A DNA stretch of 64,000 bases from an uncultured archaeon (lineage in GTDB: Archaea; Thermoproteota; Nitrososphaeria; Nitrososphaerales; Gagatemarchaeaceae): NCBI GenBank assembly GCA_963817525.1, contig CAWFOU010000007.1, positions 576,001 through 640,000 of the forward strand. Direction: 5' to 3'. Position 1 is the stretch's first letter. Every line of letters begins with the position of its first letter. Below, piece after piece: positions 45,242 through 56,300 of this stretch. The notes under the pieces were generated by a model, which saw only the letters and a list, made by a program, of their open reading frames with translations, was not told where the DNA came from and did no database searches. Both the position numbers and the translations under genes were made by a program.

Positions 45242-46063
45242 TCAAACCTTGTTGTACTTGGGGTGCCAGCTTCGGGTCTTGTCGTCCAGCTCGGTGTACT
45301 CGAAGTCGTGGTAGATCAGAGGGAACCGCTCCTTCATCACCCTGGCGACCTTGTCGAACACGAACCTGATCTCGACCTCCGCGGACTCTGCGGTCCGCAT
45401 AGCTATCACATGGCGGATGGTCCTGTGGTTGGCCGTCCAGACTATAGATGTCGCCATGCCGTCGGGCATGATTCTGCGCAAGGCCGAAGTTATCCGCTTC
45501 TTTACGTCGAAGTTCATCTTGTCCCATCCGTAGGACTGCTCGAGGTCGCGGTAGTTCTTCTCGAATTCCTCGATGGCGGCCTTCACCTCCTTCTTCTTGT
45601 CCAGGAGTTCCGGGGGCAGCCAGAATCGCAGCTGCGTCGGTCTGACGTACCTTAGCGACTCTTGGCTTATCGCGACCCCGACCCTGTGCCGCACGAGCTC
45701 GTGGGTGAAGACCCTGCTCACGTTCAGGAACGCGAACGTGCAGGTGGCGTGCTCGAATATCGATCCGTCCCCTTTTGACAGGGTATTGTCGATGTAGTCC
45801 CGGGAGCTTTCCCGTATCTTGGTCACGTTGGGGTTGAGGCCCACGCCGAAGCTCTTGTAGCAGATTCTTCCAGCCACCTCGGTCAGCAGTTCACCCTCTG
45901 ATTTTGAGGCCTCCTTTGTCCTCGCCAACCAGTTCGTGGCCGTCTCTTCTCCGACGGTCGACAGCATTTCCTTCAACTGGTCGAAGTTAATCCTGCTTTC
46001 TGCGATCAGGTAGACTTGAGGTTCGACGAACTCCATTCGCTTTCTTGTTCCTTCCTGCTCCAT
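45242..46063 (-). CDS. thyX: FAD-dependent thymidylate synthase
   Basis: AGRICYKS, SIFEH, SRVFTHELVRHR...SQESLRYV, AEVEIR. Confidence 0.93.
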   Translation of the reverse strand: MEQEGTRKRMEFVEPQVYLIAESRINFDQLKEMLSTVGEETATNWLARTKEASKSEGELLTEVAGRICYKSFGVGLNPNVTKIRESSRDYIDNTLSKGDGSIFEHATCTFAFLNVSRVFTHELVRHRVGVAISQESLRYVRPTQLRFWLPPELLDKKKEVKAAIEEFEKNYRDLEQSYGWDKMNFDVKKRITSALRRIMPDGMATSIVWTANHRTIRHVIAMRTAESAEVEIRFVFDKVARVMKERFPLIYHDFEYTELDDKTRSWHPKYNKV

Positions 46064-46218
46064 GTTCGTGTCGCTATTTAATTTGCGGGGACGGGACGTG
46101 GCATTAATCGTGTGAAAACGTGGTTTCAGGTTGTTTTCGCCCAATCTGCTGGGCCGAGTAGAGTGACGGGAGGCCGTTCTAGATTAAATATGAGGTTGCG
46201 GGTCTCGCCCTGAGCAGA

Positions 46219-47559
46219 ATGCCCGTATTCGGCACCGCGGGAGTCAGAGGCGTCTTCAACTCTACCCAGACGCTCGAGCAGGTGCACGACGTCGCCCAGG
46301 CCTCGGCCTTCGTATTCGGCAGGGGGCGCTACGGCGTCGGGTGGGACGGCAGGAAGAGCTCGATGGTGCTCGCCAAGATGGTGGCAGCATCGATCGCCGA
46401 GTGCGGCAGTGAGGCGTTGGAGTTCGGGATGGTCCCCACGCCGCTAGTCGCCTTTGGGGCGCGGGAACACGGGTGTCAATTGGGGTTCGCTGTGACAGCT
46501 TCTCATAACCCTCCCGAGTTCTCGGGCGTGAAAGTCTTCAACAGGAGAGGCATGGAGTTGTCGAAGGAGGAAGAGGCCCGAATCGAGAGGGGGATGATTG
46601 TGGAGTCCAACAAGAGCTCTGCGATCGCAGGGCCCATTCGGCGCGGGGACGTGATCCTGCCATACATCAACGCCGTTGTCTCGAGATTTCCAAAAACCGA
46701 GAGTTCTCTGCGCCTAGTGGTCGACTGCGCCACGGGGCCTGCTGCGCTGGTGACGCCTCAGGTCTTGGGCGCGCTTGGGAACAAGGTGACTCCGCTCAAC
46801 GCGCACGTGTCTTGGCGGTTCTCGGCGAGGCATCCCGAGCCGACCCCGGCGACCTTGGCAGAGACGGCCGCGTTCGTCGGCGGCGCGGGAGTGGATCTGG
46901 GACTGGCGCATGATGGTGACGGGGACAGGTTGGTCCTAATCAACTCAGCGGGCCGAATCCTCCCAGACTACATGACTTCGGTGCTTGCCCTGGAAGCCGT
47001 CCAAAAGAGCTCTGGCTCGGTCATAATCTCCGAGAACAGCTCCTTCGCGGTGGAGGAGACAGCTGCGCGGATGGGGTTGCGGGTCGTGCGCGGCAGGATT
47101 GGGAAGACGTTCGCAGAGATTGACCGCGAAGGCGCGGTGCTGGCCACGGAGCCGACCAAGGTGGTCGACCCAAGCTGGGGGATGTGGGAAGACGGCATAT
47201 ACTGTGCGGCGCTGATCGTCGACGCGCTAGCGAGGAGGCCTGACCTCCGCAAGATGGTCGAGGGTGAGCTCGAGTGGATATACAGGCAGGTCAACCTGCC
47301 TGTGTCGGTGGACTTGGCGAGGGTCAACGCTCAGATTGACGAGTACTTCTCGAAGTATAGGATTGTGGAGAAGAGGTCCCTCGACGGCCTGCGGGTGGTT
47401 TTCAAGGACAAGTCGTGGGTCATGTTCAGACCCTCTGGCACGGAGCCCAAGACGCGAATTTACTGTGAGGCGAAGGACGAGTTGAGGGTGTCAGAGCTCG
47501 TCGAGACAGCGAGAACGCTTGTGGAGCGCCTGGCGAGGCCCACAATCAGCGCGCGTTGA
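46219..47559 (+). CDS. Phosphohexomutase (PMM/PGM/GlmM family)
   Basis: FGTAGVRG, TASHNPP, DGDGDR, RPSGTEPK.RIY.E. Confidence 0.92.
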   Translation: MPVFGTAGVRGVFNSTQTLEQVHDVAQASAFVFGRGRYGVGWDGRKSSMVLAKMVAASIAECGSEALEFGMVPTPLVAFGAREHGCQLGFAVTASHNPPEFSGVKVFNRRGMELSKEEEARIERGMIVESNKSSAIAGPIRRGDVILPYINAVVSRFPKTESSLRLVVDCATGPAALVTPQVLGALGNKVTPLNAHVSWRFSARHPEPTPATLAETAAFVGGAGVDLGLAHDGDGDRLVLINSAGRILPDYMTSVLALEAVQKSSGSVIISENSSFAVEETAARMGLRVVRGRIGKTFAEIDREGAVLATEPTKVVDPSWGMWEDGIYCAALIVDALARRPDLRKMVEGELEWIYRQVNLPVSVDLARVNAQIDEYFSKYRIVEKRSLDGLRVVFKDKSWVMFRPSGTEPKTRIYCEAKDELRVSELVETARTLVERLARPTISAR

Positions 47560-47566
47560 TGCCGGT

Positions 47567-49054
47567 ATGTCGACCGGAGACATGTCGCTGGCCGTCTCAA
47601 AGGCTCTGTCGCGCGGCTACCAGATAGACCCCGACGCCTTCACCTTCCTCTCGGAACTCTCTGGAAGAGAGAACGTCGAGCCGATCCTTAGGTCAATAAT
47701 CGAGAAGAAAGAGTCGTCAAACTCCGAGAGGCTGATAGTCAGGTCAGACTTCGACGACTTCCTCGCGAAGGATGAGGGGCAAAATCGCGTCGCCGTGGAC
47801 TCCCACGACTTGTTGGCCGACGTCGTCGTTGTGAGCAATCCCACGACAGAGATTCGGCCGGTGGAGGCGGAGAGCGGCTTCAAGAGGCTCTTCCAGGATA
47901 GGTACTCGCACCTCCTAGGCATAGCGAGGCAGAGACCCGACTCGAAGAGCGTCACGACGATTGAGTCTGGTAGGGAGACGCGAGACAAAGAATACAAGAT
48001 TGCGGGGCTCGTCTCCTCCAGGAACAGCAGGAAGGGCGGCGGAGTGGAGCTTGTGCTGGACGACCCCACAGGGAGCGCCAAGCTATACTGCTCGGACGAG
48101 GTCGCCAACTTGGCACTCGCCTTGCCTTTCGACAGTCTGGTTGTGGCCGAAGTGGCCCTCGGGAAAACCGGCCAGCTCTACGCGAGGGATTTGGTCCTTC
48201 CCGATATCCCGAGCAGGAAGTCGGTGGGCTCGCCGCGCAGGGTGTATGCGGTGATGCTTTCGGACTTGCATATCGGCAGCAAACTGTTTCTCGCCGAGGA
48301 TTTTGGGCGCTTCTTGGAGTGGCTCAACGGGAGATTGGGGGACCTTGATATCGTGGAGCGCATCAGGTACGTCATAGTGGCCGGAGACATCGTCGATGGA
48401 ATCGGCGTCTATCCTGGACAGGAGATGCAGCTCTCAGAGAGGAACTTGAGGGGTCAATACCGGGTCGCGAAGGCCTTTCTCGAACAGGTGCCGAAGCACA
48501 TGAAGCTCTTGATAGTTCCCGGGAACCATGATCCCGTGAGGCAGGCCCTCCCCCAGCCGGCTGTGCCCGCGGATGTGGCGACGCCCTTGTACGAGCTGGA
48601 GAATGCCGTGCATCTGGGAGGGCCGGCCAATGTCAAGCTCGACGGGGTGAACTTTTTAATTTATCACGGCAGGAGCCTGGATGACGTCATAGCCACTGTT
48701 CCCGACCTGACCTACGACAGGCCCGTGCAAGCGATGGAGGTCTTGCTCAAGGCGCGACATCTCGCACCCACCTATGGCAAGCGGACGGCATTGTCTCCGG
48801 AGCTCAGGGACATGTTGGTGATAGATCCCGTGCCGGATGTATTCCACGCAGGTCACGTGCACACGCTCGATGTGGGAAGCTACCGTGGCACGCTCGTGGT
48901 GAACTCGGGGACGTTCCAAGCCCAGACGCCTTTTCAAGCCAATATGGGTATAGACCCCATATGCTCGATTGTGCCGATACTGGACCTGTCTACCCTAGAG
49001 GTCGTCAAAAGGAGCTTCACAAAATCTAGTTTCCGAGAGCTACAGCAGGCCTAG
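47567..49054 (+). CDS. polB: DNA polymerase D small subunit DP1
   Basis: OB fold; SDLHIGS, GDIVDGIGVYPGQ, PGNHD, YHGRS, RHLAPTYG, HAGHVH. Confidence 0.93.
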   Translation: MSTGDMSLAVSKALSRGYQIDPDAFTFLSELSGRENVEPILRSIIEKKESSNSERLIVRSDFDDFLAKDEGQNRVAVDSHDLLADVVVVSNPTTEIRPVEAESGFKRLFQDRYSHLLGIARQRPDSKSVTTIESGRETRDKEYKIAGLVSSRNSRKGGGVELVLDDPTGSAKLYCSDEVANLALALPFDSLVVAEVALGKTGQLYARDLVLPDIPSRKSVGSPRRVYAVMLSDLHIGSKLFLAEDFGRFLEWLNGRLGDLDIVERIRYVIVAGDIVDGIGVYPGQEMQLSERNLRGQYRVAKAFLEQVPKHMKLLIVPGNHDPVRQALPQPAVPADVATPLYELENAVHLGGPANVKLDGVNFLIYHGRSLDDVIATVPDLTYDRPVQAMEVLLKARHLAPTYGKRTALSPELRDMLVIDPVPDVFHAGHVHTLDVGSYRGTLVVNSGTFQAQTPFQANMGIDPICSIVPILDLSTLEVVKRSFTKSSFRELQQA

Positions 49055-50233
49055 AAGCTGCGAGTCCTCTGTGACCACCTTCGTCAGGGTATCGGCCTGA
49101 ATCAGGAGTTTGATTCTCTTGGTCCTTCCCCGTCTGCCCTTGCTCACCACGGCGGCCTCCACCAGGCCCAAAAGGTCGAGTTCGGCGAGTATCCCGCTGA
49201 CCCTTCTCTGGGTCAGCGCTTCGATACCCAGCCGGCGAGCCAGTCCCTCGTAGGCGACGTAGAGATCTCCGGTGTTCGTGCCGTCGGGGAACCTCGAGGC
49301 GGTCAGGAGGATGAGTTTGTTCTGGATGGGGAGTGAGCGCAGTGCGTCGTCAATCCTGTTGCTCTCGACCCTCTCCGACGCCTTGCGGATGCAGTCTTCG
49401 CTGACCTCGTGCTTGCCTTCCCTTTCCGCTATCTCTCCGGCCACGCGCAACAGGTCGACCGCCCGTCTGGCGTCGCCGTGTTCGGAGCCGGCCAAGGCCG
49501 CACAGAGGTTGAGCATCGCGTCGGGGATGACCCCGGGCCTGAACGCGATCTTTGCGCGGGCCGCCAAGATAGCGTAGAGCTCGTCCGTAGTGTATGGAGG
49601 GAATACCAGCTCTTCTTCGCCCAGGCTGCTCAGCACCCGGGGATCGAGTTCATCCTTGAACCTGAGATCGTTCGAGATTCCGACCATCGTGAAGAAGCCG
49701 GGCTCGACGTGCTCGCCGGCGCGGGTGAACTGGTAGAGGATGTCGTCGCCGTACGCGTTAACCAGATAGTCGATTTCGTCTAGGACTAGGATGAAATGGA
49801 TTTTGTTGCCCTTTATGGTGGTGAAGATGCGGTCGAGGACAGTCCCTATCGACAGGCCCGTCCCAGGAATCTTCTTGTCTTGCTCGAGGGGTAGGCAGTC
49901 GGCAATCTTCGCCAGAGTGCGATACTCGGTAGCGGCTATCCTGCTGTTCACATAGCAGGTGAGAATGTTCTTCGAGGCGTCCTGCGTGTGCAACCTGTCG
50001 ACGACCAGCCTTGCCACAGCGGTCTTCCCAGTTCCTGTCTTACCATAGAGGAGGAGATTCGATGGTTTCGAGCCATGGAGAGCGGGAGCCAGAATTTGCG
50101 CGACCTGCCTGGTCTGGCTCTCCCTGTAGGGTAGTTTCTCAGGCACATAGTCGGGCGACAGAGCATCACGGTTTTGAAACAGAGCTCGTCCTTCCTTGGC
50201 CCTCTGGAAGATCTCGTCTACTGCATCAACCAT
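49040..50233 (-). CDS. cdc6: Orc1/Cdc6 replication initiator
   Basis: LSPDYVP..LP.RE, YGKTGTGKT, VLDEID, HGDARRA, C-terminal wHTH with SKGRRGRT. Confidence 0.95.
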   Translation of the reverse strand: MVDAVDEIFQRAKEGRALFQNRDALSPDYVPEKLPYRESQTRQVAQILAPALHGSKPSNLLLYGKTGTGKTAVARLVVDRLHTQDASKNILTCYVNSRIAATEYRTLAKIADCLPLEQDKKIPGTGLSIGTVLDRIFTTIKGNKIHFILVLDEIDYLVNAYGDDILYQFTRAGEHVEPGFFTMVGISNDLRFKDELDPRVLSSLGEEELVFPPYTTDELYAILAARAKIAFRPGVIPDAMLNLCAALAGSEHGDARRAVDLLRVAGEIAEREGKHEVSEDCIRKASERVESNRIDDALRSLPIQNKLILLTASRFPDGTNTGDLYVAYEGLARRLGIEALTQRRVSGILAELDLLGLVEAAVVSKGRRGRTKRIKLLIQADTLTKVVTEDSQLLGLL

Positions 50234-50238
50234 GTAGC

Positions 50239-50702
50239 ATCAGTGGAAATATTGCTTTAATTAAGGGATGTCCCCCTCCGTTTCCACTGCAACTCGGTAA
50301 GAAGATGCTAGGTTCTAGCTATACTAAGTAAGAAGATGCTCGCTCTTGGTTCGAATGATTGCTTATTCTCACTGATTGACTAGCCGCCATGACAAATGGT
50401 CTAGAGACAGTGCAGAAGCGCGTGATTCACCCGGGGAGTCATCTCCACCGGAAATGTAGGGGTCCCTCCCCTAATGTGAACTTGATGTGAAACCTCCTTT
50501 GTAACGACGCATACAAGCTCACAGGTTGACGCACACCTAGCATTGACGTCGTTCACAGAAACTAGGTTGATTATAGCCCCTCTGTTTCCACTGGAACCAC
50601 TGTTCTGCCGGGCACCTGTCAACTACTGTGAACATCTGTGAATCACCATTTTCACCTCAGGGCGCGGTCAAACTTTGTTTGCACTCTGTTCACAACTTCA
50701 CA
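50239..50702. other. Replication origin (oriC) with ORB elements at 50272-50293 (-), 50442-50462 (+), 50577-50597 (-) and a mini-ORB near 50240
   Basis: Reverse complement of 50577-50597 is GTTCCAGTGGAAACAGAGGGG, matching the archaeal ORB consensus with G-string; intergenic, directly upstream of cdc6. Confidence 0.9.
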
Positions 50703-50743
50703 CCATCGTCGGTTTTATCGCCTACGCCGTACTGCCACAAACC

Positions 50744-51145
50744 TTGCAGAAGAAGGTAAAGGTCGAGATCACCGACGAGGACGGGACCACCTATTCTCTT
50801 GCGTTGCAAGGCAACCTCTCTCATCACAAGGTGATGCGGATGATGGAGCTGGTGGACCTGCTCGGTCAAAATCGCCACGGGACGCCCGAGGCTCTTCCTC
50901 CCAACGAGTCGACCACCTACGGTAGGATTCTCAAACTGATTCAGTCTTCATACTCCGTCAAGGAGTTCTCTTCTGCAGACATCGCCCGCGACTACGAGGA
51001 CAAGCACGCCAACCCCATCCCGCTCAGCACAGTCTCGACCTATCTTTCGAGGCTAGCAGACAAGAAGCTCCTAAACCGGCAGAAGTTCGGCAACTCCTGG
51101 GTCTATCGGCTCGCACATCTCTCGCGCGATCAGCTGGCTACGTAA
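50744..51145 (+). CDS. Origin-adjacent winged-helix protein
   Basis: FSSADIARDYE......LSTVSTYLSRL..K.LL.R......VY; TTG start inferred. Confidence 0.75.
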   Translation: MQKKVKVEITDEDGTTYSLALQGNLSHHKVMRMMELVDLLGQNRHGTPEALPPNESTTYGRILKLIQSSYSVKEFSSADIARDYEDKHANPIPLSTVSTYLSRLADKKLLNRQKFGNSWVYRLAHLSRDQLAT

Positions 51146-51705
51146 GACCTGCCGGTATCTGTAATCTCGTACACGTAAGGCTTGTTTCTGTCGTTCCTGA
51201 TCACGAGACCACGGTCAAAGAGGGCCTTTAGCATCCTCGCTGTGTGCTCCCTCGACCTTCCTACCTCCTCCTTGATTTGTGCTGACGTTCTTGGACCATC
51301 TACAAGGAAGCGGAGCACTCTCGTTTCGGTCTCTGTGCCCTCTGACAGTAGGATAGGAGACACAGGGGAATCGACGGGCCTTGGCATCTGAATAGGCGCT
51401 GGGGCCATAGTCGGGGCCGCGTTCGTGTGAGCCGACGGCATCAAACGAGGCTGTGGTACCTGATGTGGCGAAGCCAACTTCGACGACAAGACTTCTGTCT
51501 TAGCCATCAAGTCGATGATTCGAGCATCCACCACCAAGAACCTCGCGTTCGCCGAGTCCCACACGTCTTTTGCGAGCCTGGAAGACTTGTCTGCCTCTTC
51601 GACGAGTTTCTGATACCTGTATAGTAGAGTGGCCAGAATGACCACGGCTGCAACGATCACCGCTGCGGAGGCTGCTACCACATAATCGTCGAGCATCCGA
51701 GTCAC
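51130..51705 (-). CDS. Membrane-anchored protein with C-terminal winged HTH
   Basis: N-terminal TM, coiled segment, SREHTARMLKALFDRGLV.R...KPY.Y. Confidence 0.75.
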   Translation of the reverse strand: MTRMLDDYVVAASAAVIVAAVVILATLLYRYQKLVEEADKSSRLAKDVWDSANARFLVVDARIIDLMAKTEVLSSKLASPHQVPQPRLMPSAHTNAAPTMAPAPIQMPRPVDSPVSPILLSEGTETETRVLRFLVDGPRTSAQIKEEVGRSREHTARMLKALFDRGLVIRNDRNKPYVYEITDTGRSYVAS

Positions 51706-51757
51706 AGCCTATGTGATGCTACATGATATAAGCTTGAATGACATCATCGACGGCACA

Positions 51758-52123
51758 TCATAACATCACGATACGCTCGGCTAGGACGCGGACCAAGGCG
51801 ACAACTTCGGGCGCCTTTGTCGAATCAAGGTCCACCGGGACGGTCGAAACTGTCGCCACAAGCTTTTGGACGTCCTCCTGCTTCAAAAGGCCCAGTTGAA
51901 CTGCCGTAGCTACGGTCAAAAGCGACTCCACGATGTTCTCCCTAGCCTGGTGGAGTATACGGTAGTGGGTCCCGCGGCTTATACTAGAATTTTTACGTAT
52001 TCTTAATGCAACATCCATAGTAATCTCACCTTTTAGGAGCGTAAGATGTGTTTTTAGCGTCTCGACCTGCACTCTAGTCAGGGACGACAGATCAGACACC
52101 GACTCGGGAACTGTTTTCAACAC
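51758..52123 (-). CDS. Hypothetical protein
   Basis: LT..QVETL...ISRGTHYRILHQARENI pattern, HTH-like. Confidence 0.6.
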   Translation of the reverse strand: MLKTVPESVSDLSSLTRVQVETLKTHLTLLKGEITMDVALRIRKNSSISRGTHYRILHQARENIVESLLTVATAVQLGLLKQEDVQKLVATVSTVPVDLDSTKAPEVVALVRVLAERIVML

Positions 52124-52302
52124 AACCTAGTAATACAATAATGTATTATTCATTTTGGCCACGATTTAACATAAATACTAACTCCCAAAGATAAAAGATA
52201 CAATATCCTACAGTCCAAAGTCACTTTAGTAGAAATCTCTCATTACCAATCGTTCTGCGTTCAGAATAATATTTATGCAGGCTGCAACGAGCTTCGGATG
52301 AC

Positions 52303-52557
52303 ATGGGTAGAAGACGACGCAAAGTACTGAGACAGACTCACAAGAGCTTACCAAAGGTATTCAGCTGTCCTCGCTGCGGCGTGGTAGCAGTCCGCATCAC
52401 ATCACAGCTAGATGAAGCATCACAAGATTACGTGATGGTTGTTGCATGCGGCAACGCGAGCTGCCGACTACGAAGGGAGTTCAGATATCCTACCGAGCGG
52501 CCTGAAATCGACGTATACAACAGCTTCGTGGACGAATTCGTCAGAACCGGCGGCTAA
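52303..52557 (+). CDS. elf1: Transcription elongation factor Elf1
   Basis: MGRRRRK...LPKVFSCPRCG...ACG...IDVYNSFVD. Confidence 0.85.
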   Translation: MGRRRRKVLRQTHKSLPKVFSCPRCGVVAVRITSQLDEASQDYVMVVACGNASCRLRREFRYPTERPEIDVYNSFVDEFVRTGG

Positions 52558-52564
52558 ATCGACC

Positions 52565-53326
52565 TTGACAGGTCCCACCGAGGCGCGCCTCGCGTCTCGC
52601 AAAAGAGGCTCGACAGGCCTGGCCGCTCTCATAGATCCCGACAACTTTGACAAGAAGCAAGCCATCCTCGTGGCCGAGAGCGTGGAGAAGATGGGCTTCT
52701 CTTGCATCTTCATAGGAGGCTCTACATTAGGTGACCAAAATCACCTGGATGATGTGGTACTCGCCGTCAAGCAACATGTCACATGTCCTGTGATATTATT
52801 CCCCGGAAACATCACGGGTATATCACGTCACGCGGACGCGATTCTCTTCAGCTCCCTCCTCAACTCTACAAACACGTACTTCATCATCGGAGCCCAAGCC
52901 ATAGGCGCAATCCAGGTCAGCCGCCACAACTTGGAGGCGATTCCCATGGGATATCTCGTCTTCGGAGACGAGAGCACCACCAGTTTCATAGGGCAGGTGA
53001 GGCCCATACCTTATGGGAAGCCTGCAATCGCCGTGATGTACGCGCTAGCAGCTCAATACCTCGGGATGAGGGCCTTGTACCTCGAAGCTGGCAGCGGATC
53101 AAACCATCCGATGCCCGCCGAGCTCGTCAAGGCCGTGAGGAAGCACTTCAAAGGCCTACTGATAGTTGGGGGTGGGATAACCACTCCGAAGGTCGCCGCC
53201 ACGCTGGCCGAGGTGGGGGCGGACCTACTCGTGATCGGCAACCTGCTCGAGACCAAGGACTACCAGAACAAATTGTTACCGATAACCGCCGCCCTGAGGG
53301 ACAAGCTTAAGCGCAATCCCGCCTAA
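52565..53326 (+). CDS. Geranylgeranylglyceryl phosphate synthase
   Basis: LIDPD, IGGST, ILFPG, SLLNS, YLEAGSG, VGGGI; TTG start inferred. Confidence 0.92.
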   Translation: MTGPTEARLASRKRGSTGLAALIDPDNFDKKQAILVAESVEKMGFSCIFIGGSTLGDQNHLDDVVLAVKQHVTCPVILFPGNITGISRHADAILFSSLLNSTNTYFIIGAQAIGAIQVSRHNLEAIPMGYLVFGDESTTSFIGQVRPIPYGKPAIAVMYALAAQYLGMRALYLEAGSGSNHPMPAELVKAVRKHFKGLLIVGGGITTPKVAATLAEVGADLLVIGNLLETKDYQNKLLPITAALRDKLKRNPA

Positions 53327-53339
53327 CAACAGTATAGAG

Positions 53340-56300
53340 TTGCCGTTCAAGGCTAGCTCCGCCTGGGAGCATACCAAGAAGCTCACCATCTTCCCGGCCG
53401 AACTCGAGAGCTACTACGGCGGCATCCTCGACCAATACGAGTCGGCTTACAACACCGCCGAGGAAGCGAAGTCGAGGGGGCTCGATCCGAACGAAATCGT
53501 CGAATCAAAGACAGTCTTCGACCTCGCCGACCGTGTGAACGAGATGCTCGGGCTGTCCCAATTCGAAGGCCTGGCCGAGAGGCTACGCCACCTGCTCCAC
53601 ACCACCACCAAGGAGAGAGCGACGCTCACCATAGCCGAAGAGATCGCCCTCGGCAAGTTCGGCGCAATGAACATAGACCAGGCGCTCCAGTACGCGGTCA
53701 GGGCAGGGCTGGCGGTCATAACCGACGGAGTCACTGTGGCCCCGATACAGGGAGTCTCGACCGTCGTCATCAAGAAGAACGACGACAACAGCGACTACGC
53801 ATCGATATCCTACGCGGGGCCTATGCGATCCGCGGGAGGGACCGAGGCAGCCTTCTCGGTCCTCATCGCCGACGTGGTCGCGAAGAAGCTCGGCCTCTCG
53901 CCGTATAGGGCGAGGGAGGAGGAGATAGCGAGATACATCGAAGAACTCAGGGTTTACGAGCGCGAGGTCGGGAACTTCCAGTACCGCGTCTCGGACGCCG
54001 ACGTCCGAGTGGCGCTCTCGAACCTCCCCGTAGAAATCGACGGAGTCGAGACCGACCCGTACGAGGTCGTCGTGCACAGGAACCTGAAACGGGTCTCCAC
54101 GGACAGGGTCAGGGGAGGCGCACTCCGCGTGCTCAACGATGGGGTCATCGGCAGGGCGCACAAGCTCTCCAAGATTCTCAAGGAGCTCCAGCTGTCAGGA
54201 TGGGAGTGGCTCCCGGAGCTGAAAGGAGGGAAGCAGCAGTCGACAGGAGAGACCGAGAAGGTGGGGGCGCACTTCGAGGAGGTAATATCGGGCAGGCCTG
54301 TGATATCGTCACCCAACACCCGAGGGGGCCTTAGGATAAGGTATGGGAGGGCGATGAACACCGGGCTCTCCACAGTCGGCATCCATCCCGCCATCCCCGC
54401 GCTGCTCGACAATTGTGTGGTCGTCGGCACCCAGATGAAGGTGGACATCCCCGGCAAGGCCGCCACGATAGCGTTCGTCGACTCGATCGAGGGGCCCACG
54501 GTCAGGCTCAAAGACGGGTCCGTCCAGCGGGTGAACAGCATAGCCGAAGCAGAACGCCTTCACGACACCCTTGAAATCATCATCGATATGGGCGATGCCC
54601 TAATCAGCTATGGCGACTTCCTGGAGAACAACAAGACGCTCGGGCCTTCTCCTTACGTGACGGAGTGGTGGCTCCAAGAGCTAGAGGCAGCCGTCGCGGC
54701 CAAAGACGGGCTCGCAAAGGCGGAGTCTAGTACGAACCCCGACAGGCTGAAAGGCATCCTGGGCGGGACGACGCCTTCACCGATTGAGGCCATGGAAATC
54801 TCGAAGAAGTTCGGGATTCCCCTCCATCCTTCGTATACCCCACGCTTCGACAGGCTGTCTCCAGCAGAACTGCTAGAACTCAGGGGCTTCATCACCCGGT
54901 CGGGTCGTGATATAGAAGTTAACATCACATCACATCACATCGAGCGCGCCCTGCAACAACTCCTCGTCCCATATACGCGCAAGAACGACACCGCGATCAT
55001 CTTGGAAGAATGGGCTGCCGTGCTGGGAACTATGTTAGGCATCGGCGACACCCCTGACATGACGGATGCCTCCTCGTGGGGCCCCGAGATGACCCTCGAA
55101 CTGGTGCATCGGCTCTCCGGCATAAGGGTGGGGAGGCAGACGACGGGCACGGTCGGTATGAGGGTTGGGAGGCCAGAGAAGGCGATGCTCAGACACATGA
55201 AGCCACCCGTCCACGTCCTCTTCCCCGTCGGGGCCGCCGGCGGCAGCGCTAGGGACCTGCTCGCGGCGGCGAAGCACGGGAGCATGAAGGTGGACATGGT
55301 CAACATAATGTGCCCTTCGTGCGGGAAGCGCAAGCTGGCGAGCAGGTGCGACGGCTGCGGTGAAGCTACCGTGCGCTTCCTCTCGTGCCCTCGATGCAGC
55401 CAAATCATAAACGCTGAGGAGGGCCAGATTTGCCCCAAGTGCAGGGTCGAGGGGGTCACACACTCGAACTACAATCTCGACATCAAGAGCACCGTGGACG
55501 CCGTCCTCCGGAAGGTCCCTGACGTCGCGCACACGACCATCAAAGGAGTCCGCGGATTGTCGAGCGGCTCCAAGTATGCCGAGCCAATCGAGAAAGGCGC
55601 GCTCCGCAGCAAGCACCAGATCTACGTGTACAAGGACGGGACGGCTCGCGTAGACGTGACCAACGCCCCGCTGACACACTTCAGGCCCAGCAACATACAC
55701 ACAGACATTCCGACCCTGCGCTCGCTGGGGTACGAGTTCGACAAGGACGGCAAGCCTCTCGTCGACCATGACCAACTCGTCGCCCTAAAGCCACAGGACG
55801 TGGTGATCCCGGAGAACACCGCGCGAGACCTGGTGAGGGTGGCCGCCTTCGTAGACGACGAGCTCGAGACCGTCTACGGCCTGCCACGCTTCTACAACCT
55901 GAAGTCGGTGGACGACCTCAGAGGCAAGGTCGTCGTGGGGCTCGCGCCGCACACGTCGGTGGGCGTAGCCGCGCGAGTCATCGGGTTCTCCAACGCCCAG
56001 GTCTGCTTTGCCAACCCATGTTGGCACTCAGCCAAGAGGCGGGACTGCGACGGGGACGGCGACTCGGTTCTGCTCCTGCTAGACATCTTCCTCAACTTCT
56101 CCGTCGAATACATACCGACACAGATTGGCGGGCTGATGGACACCCCTCTCCTCATCCAGCCCATCATCCTCCCCGCGGAGGTCGACGACCAGGCCCACAA
56201 CTTCGACGTGGCGTGGAAATACCCTCCGTCCTTCTACGTGGCTACGGAGTCCTCGCCCAACGCCTCCAAGGTCTCCGGGCTAATCGCCACCATCCGAGAC

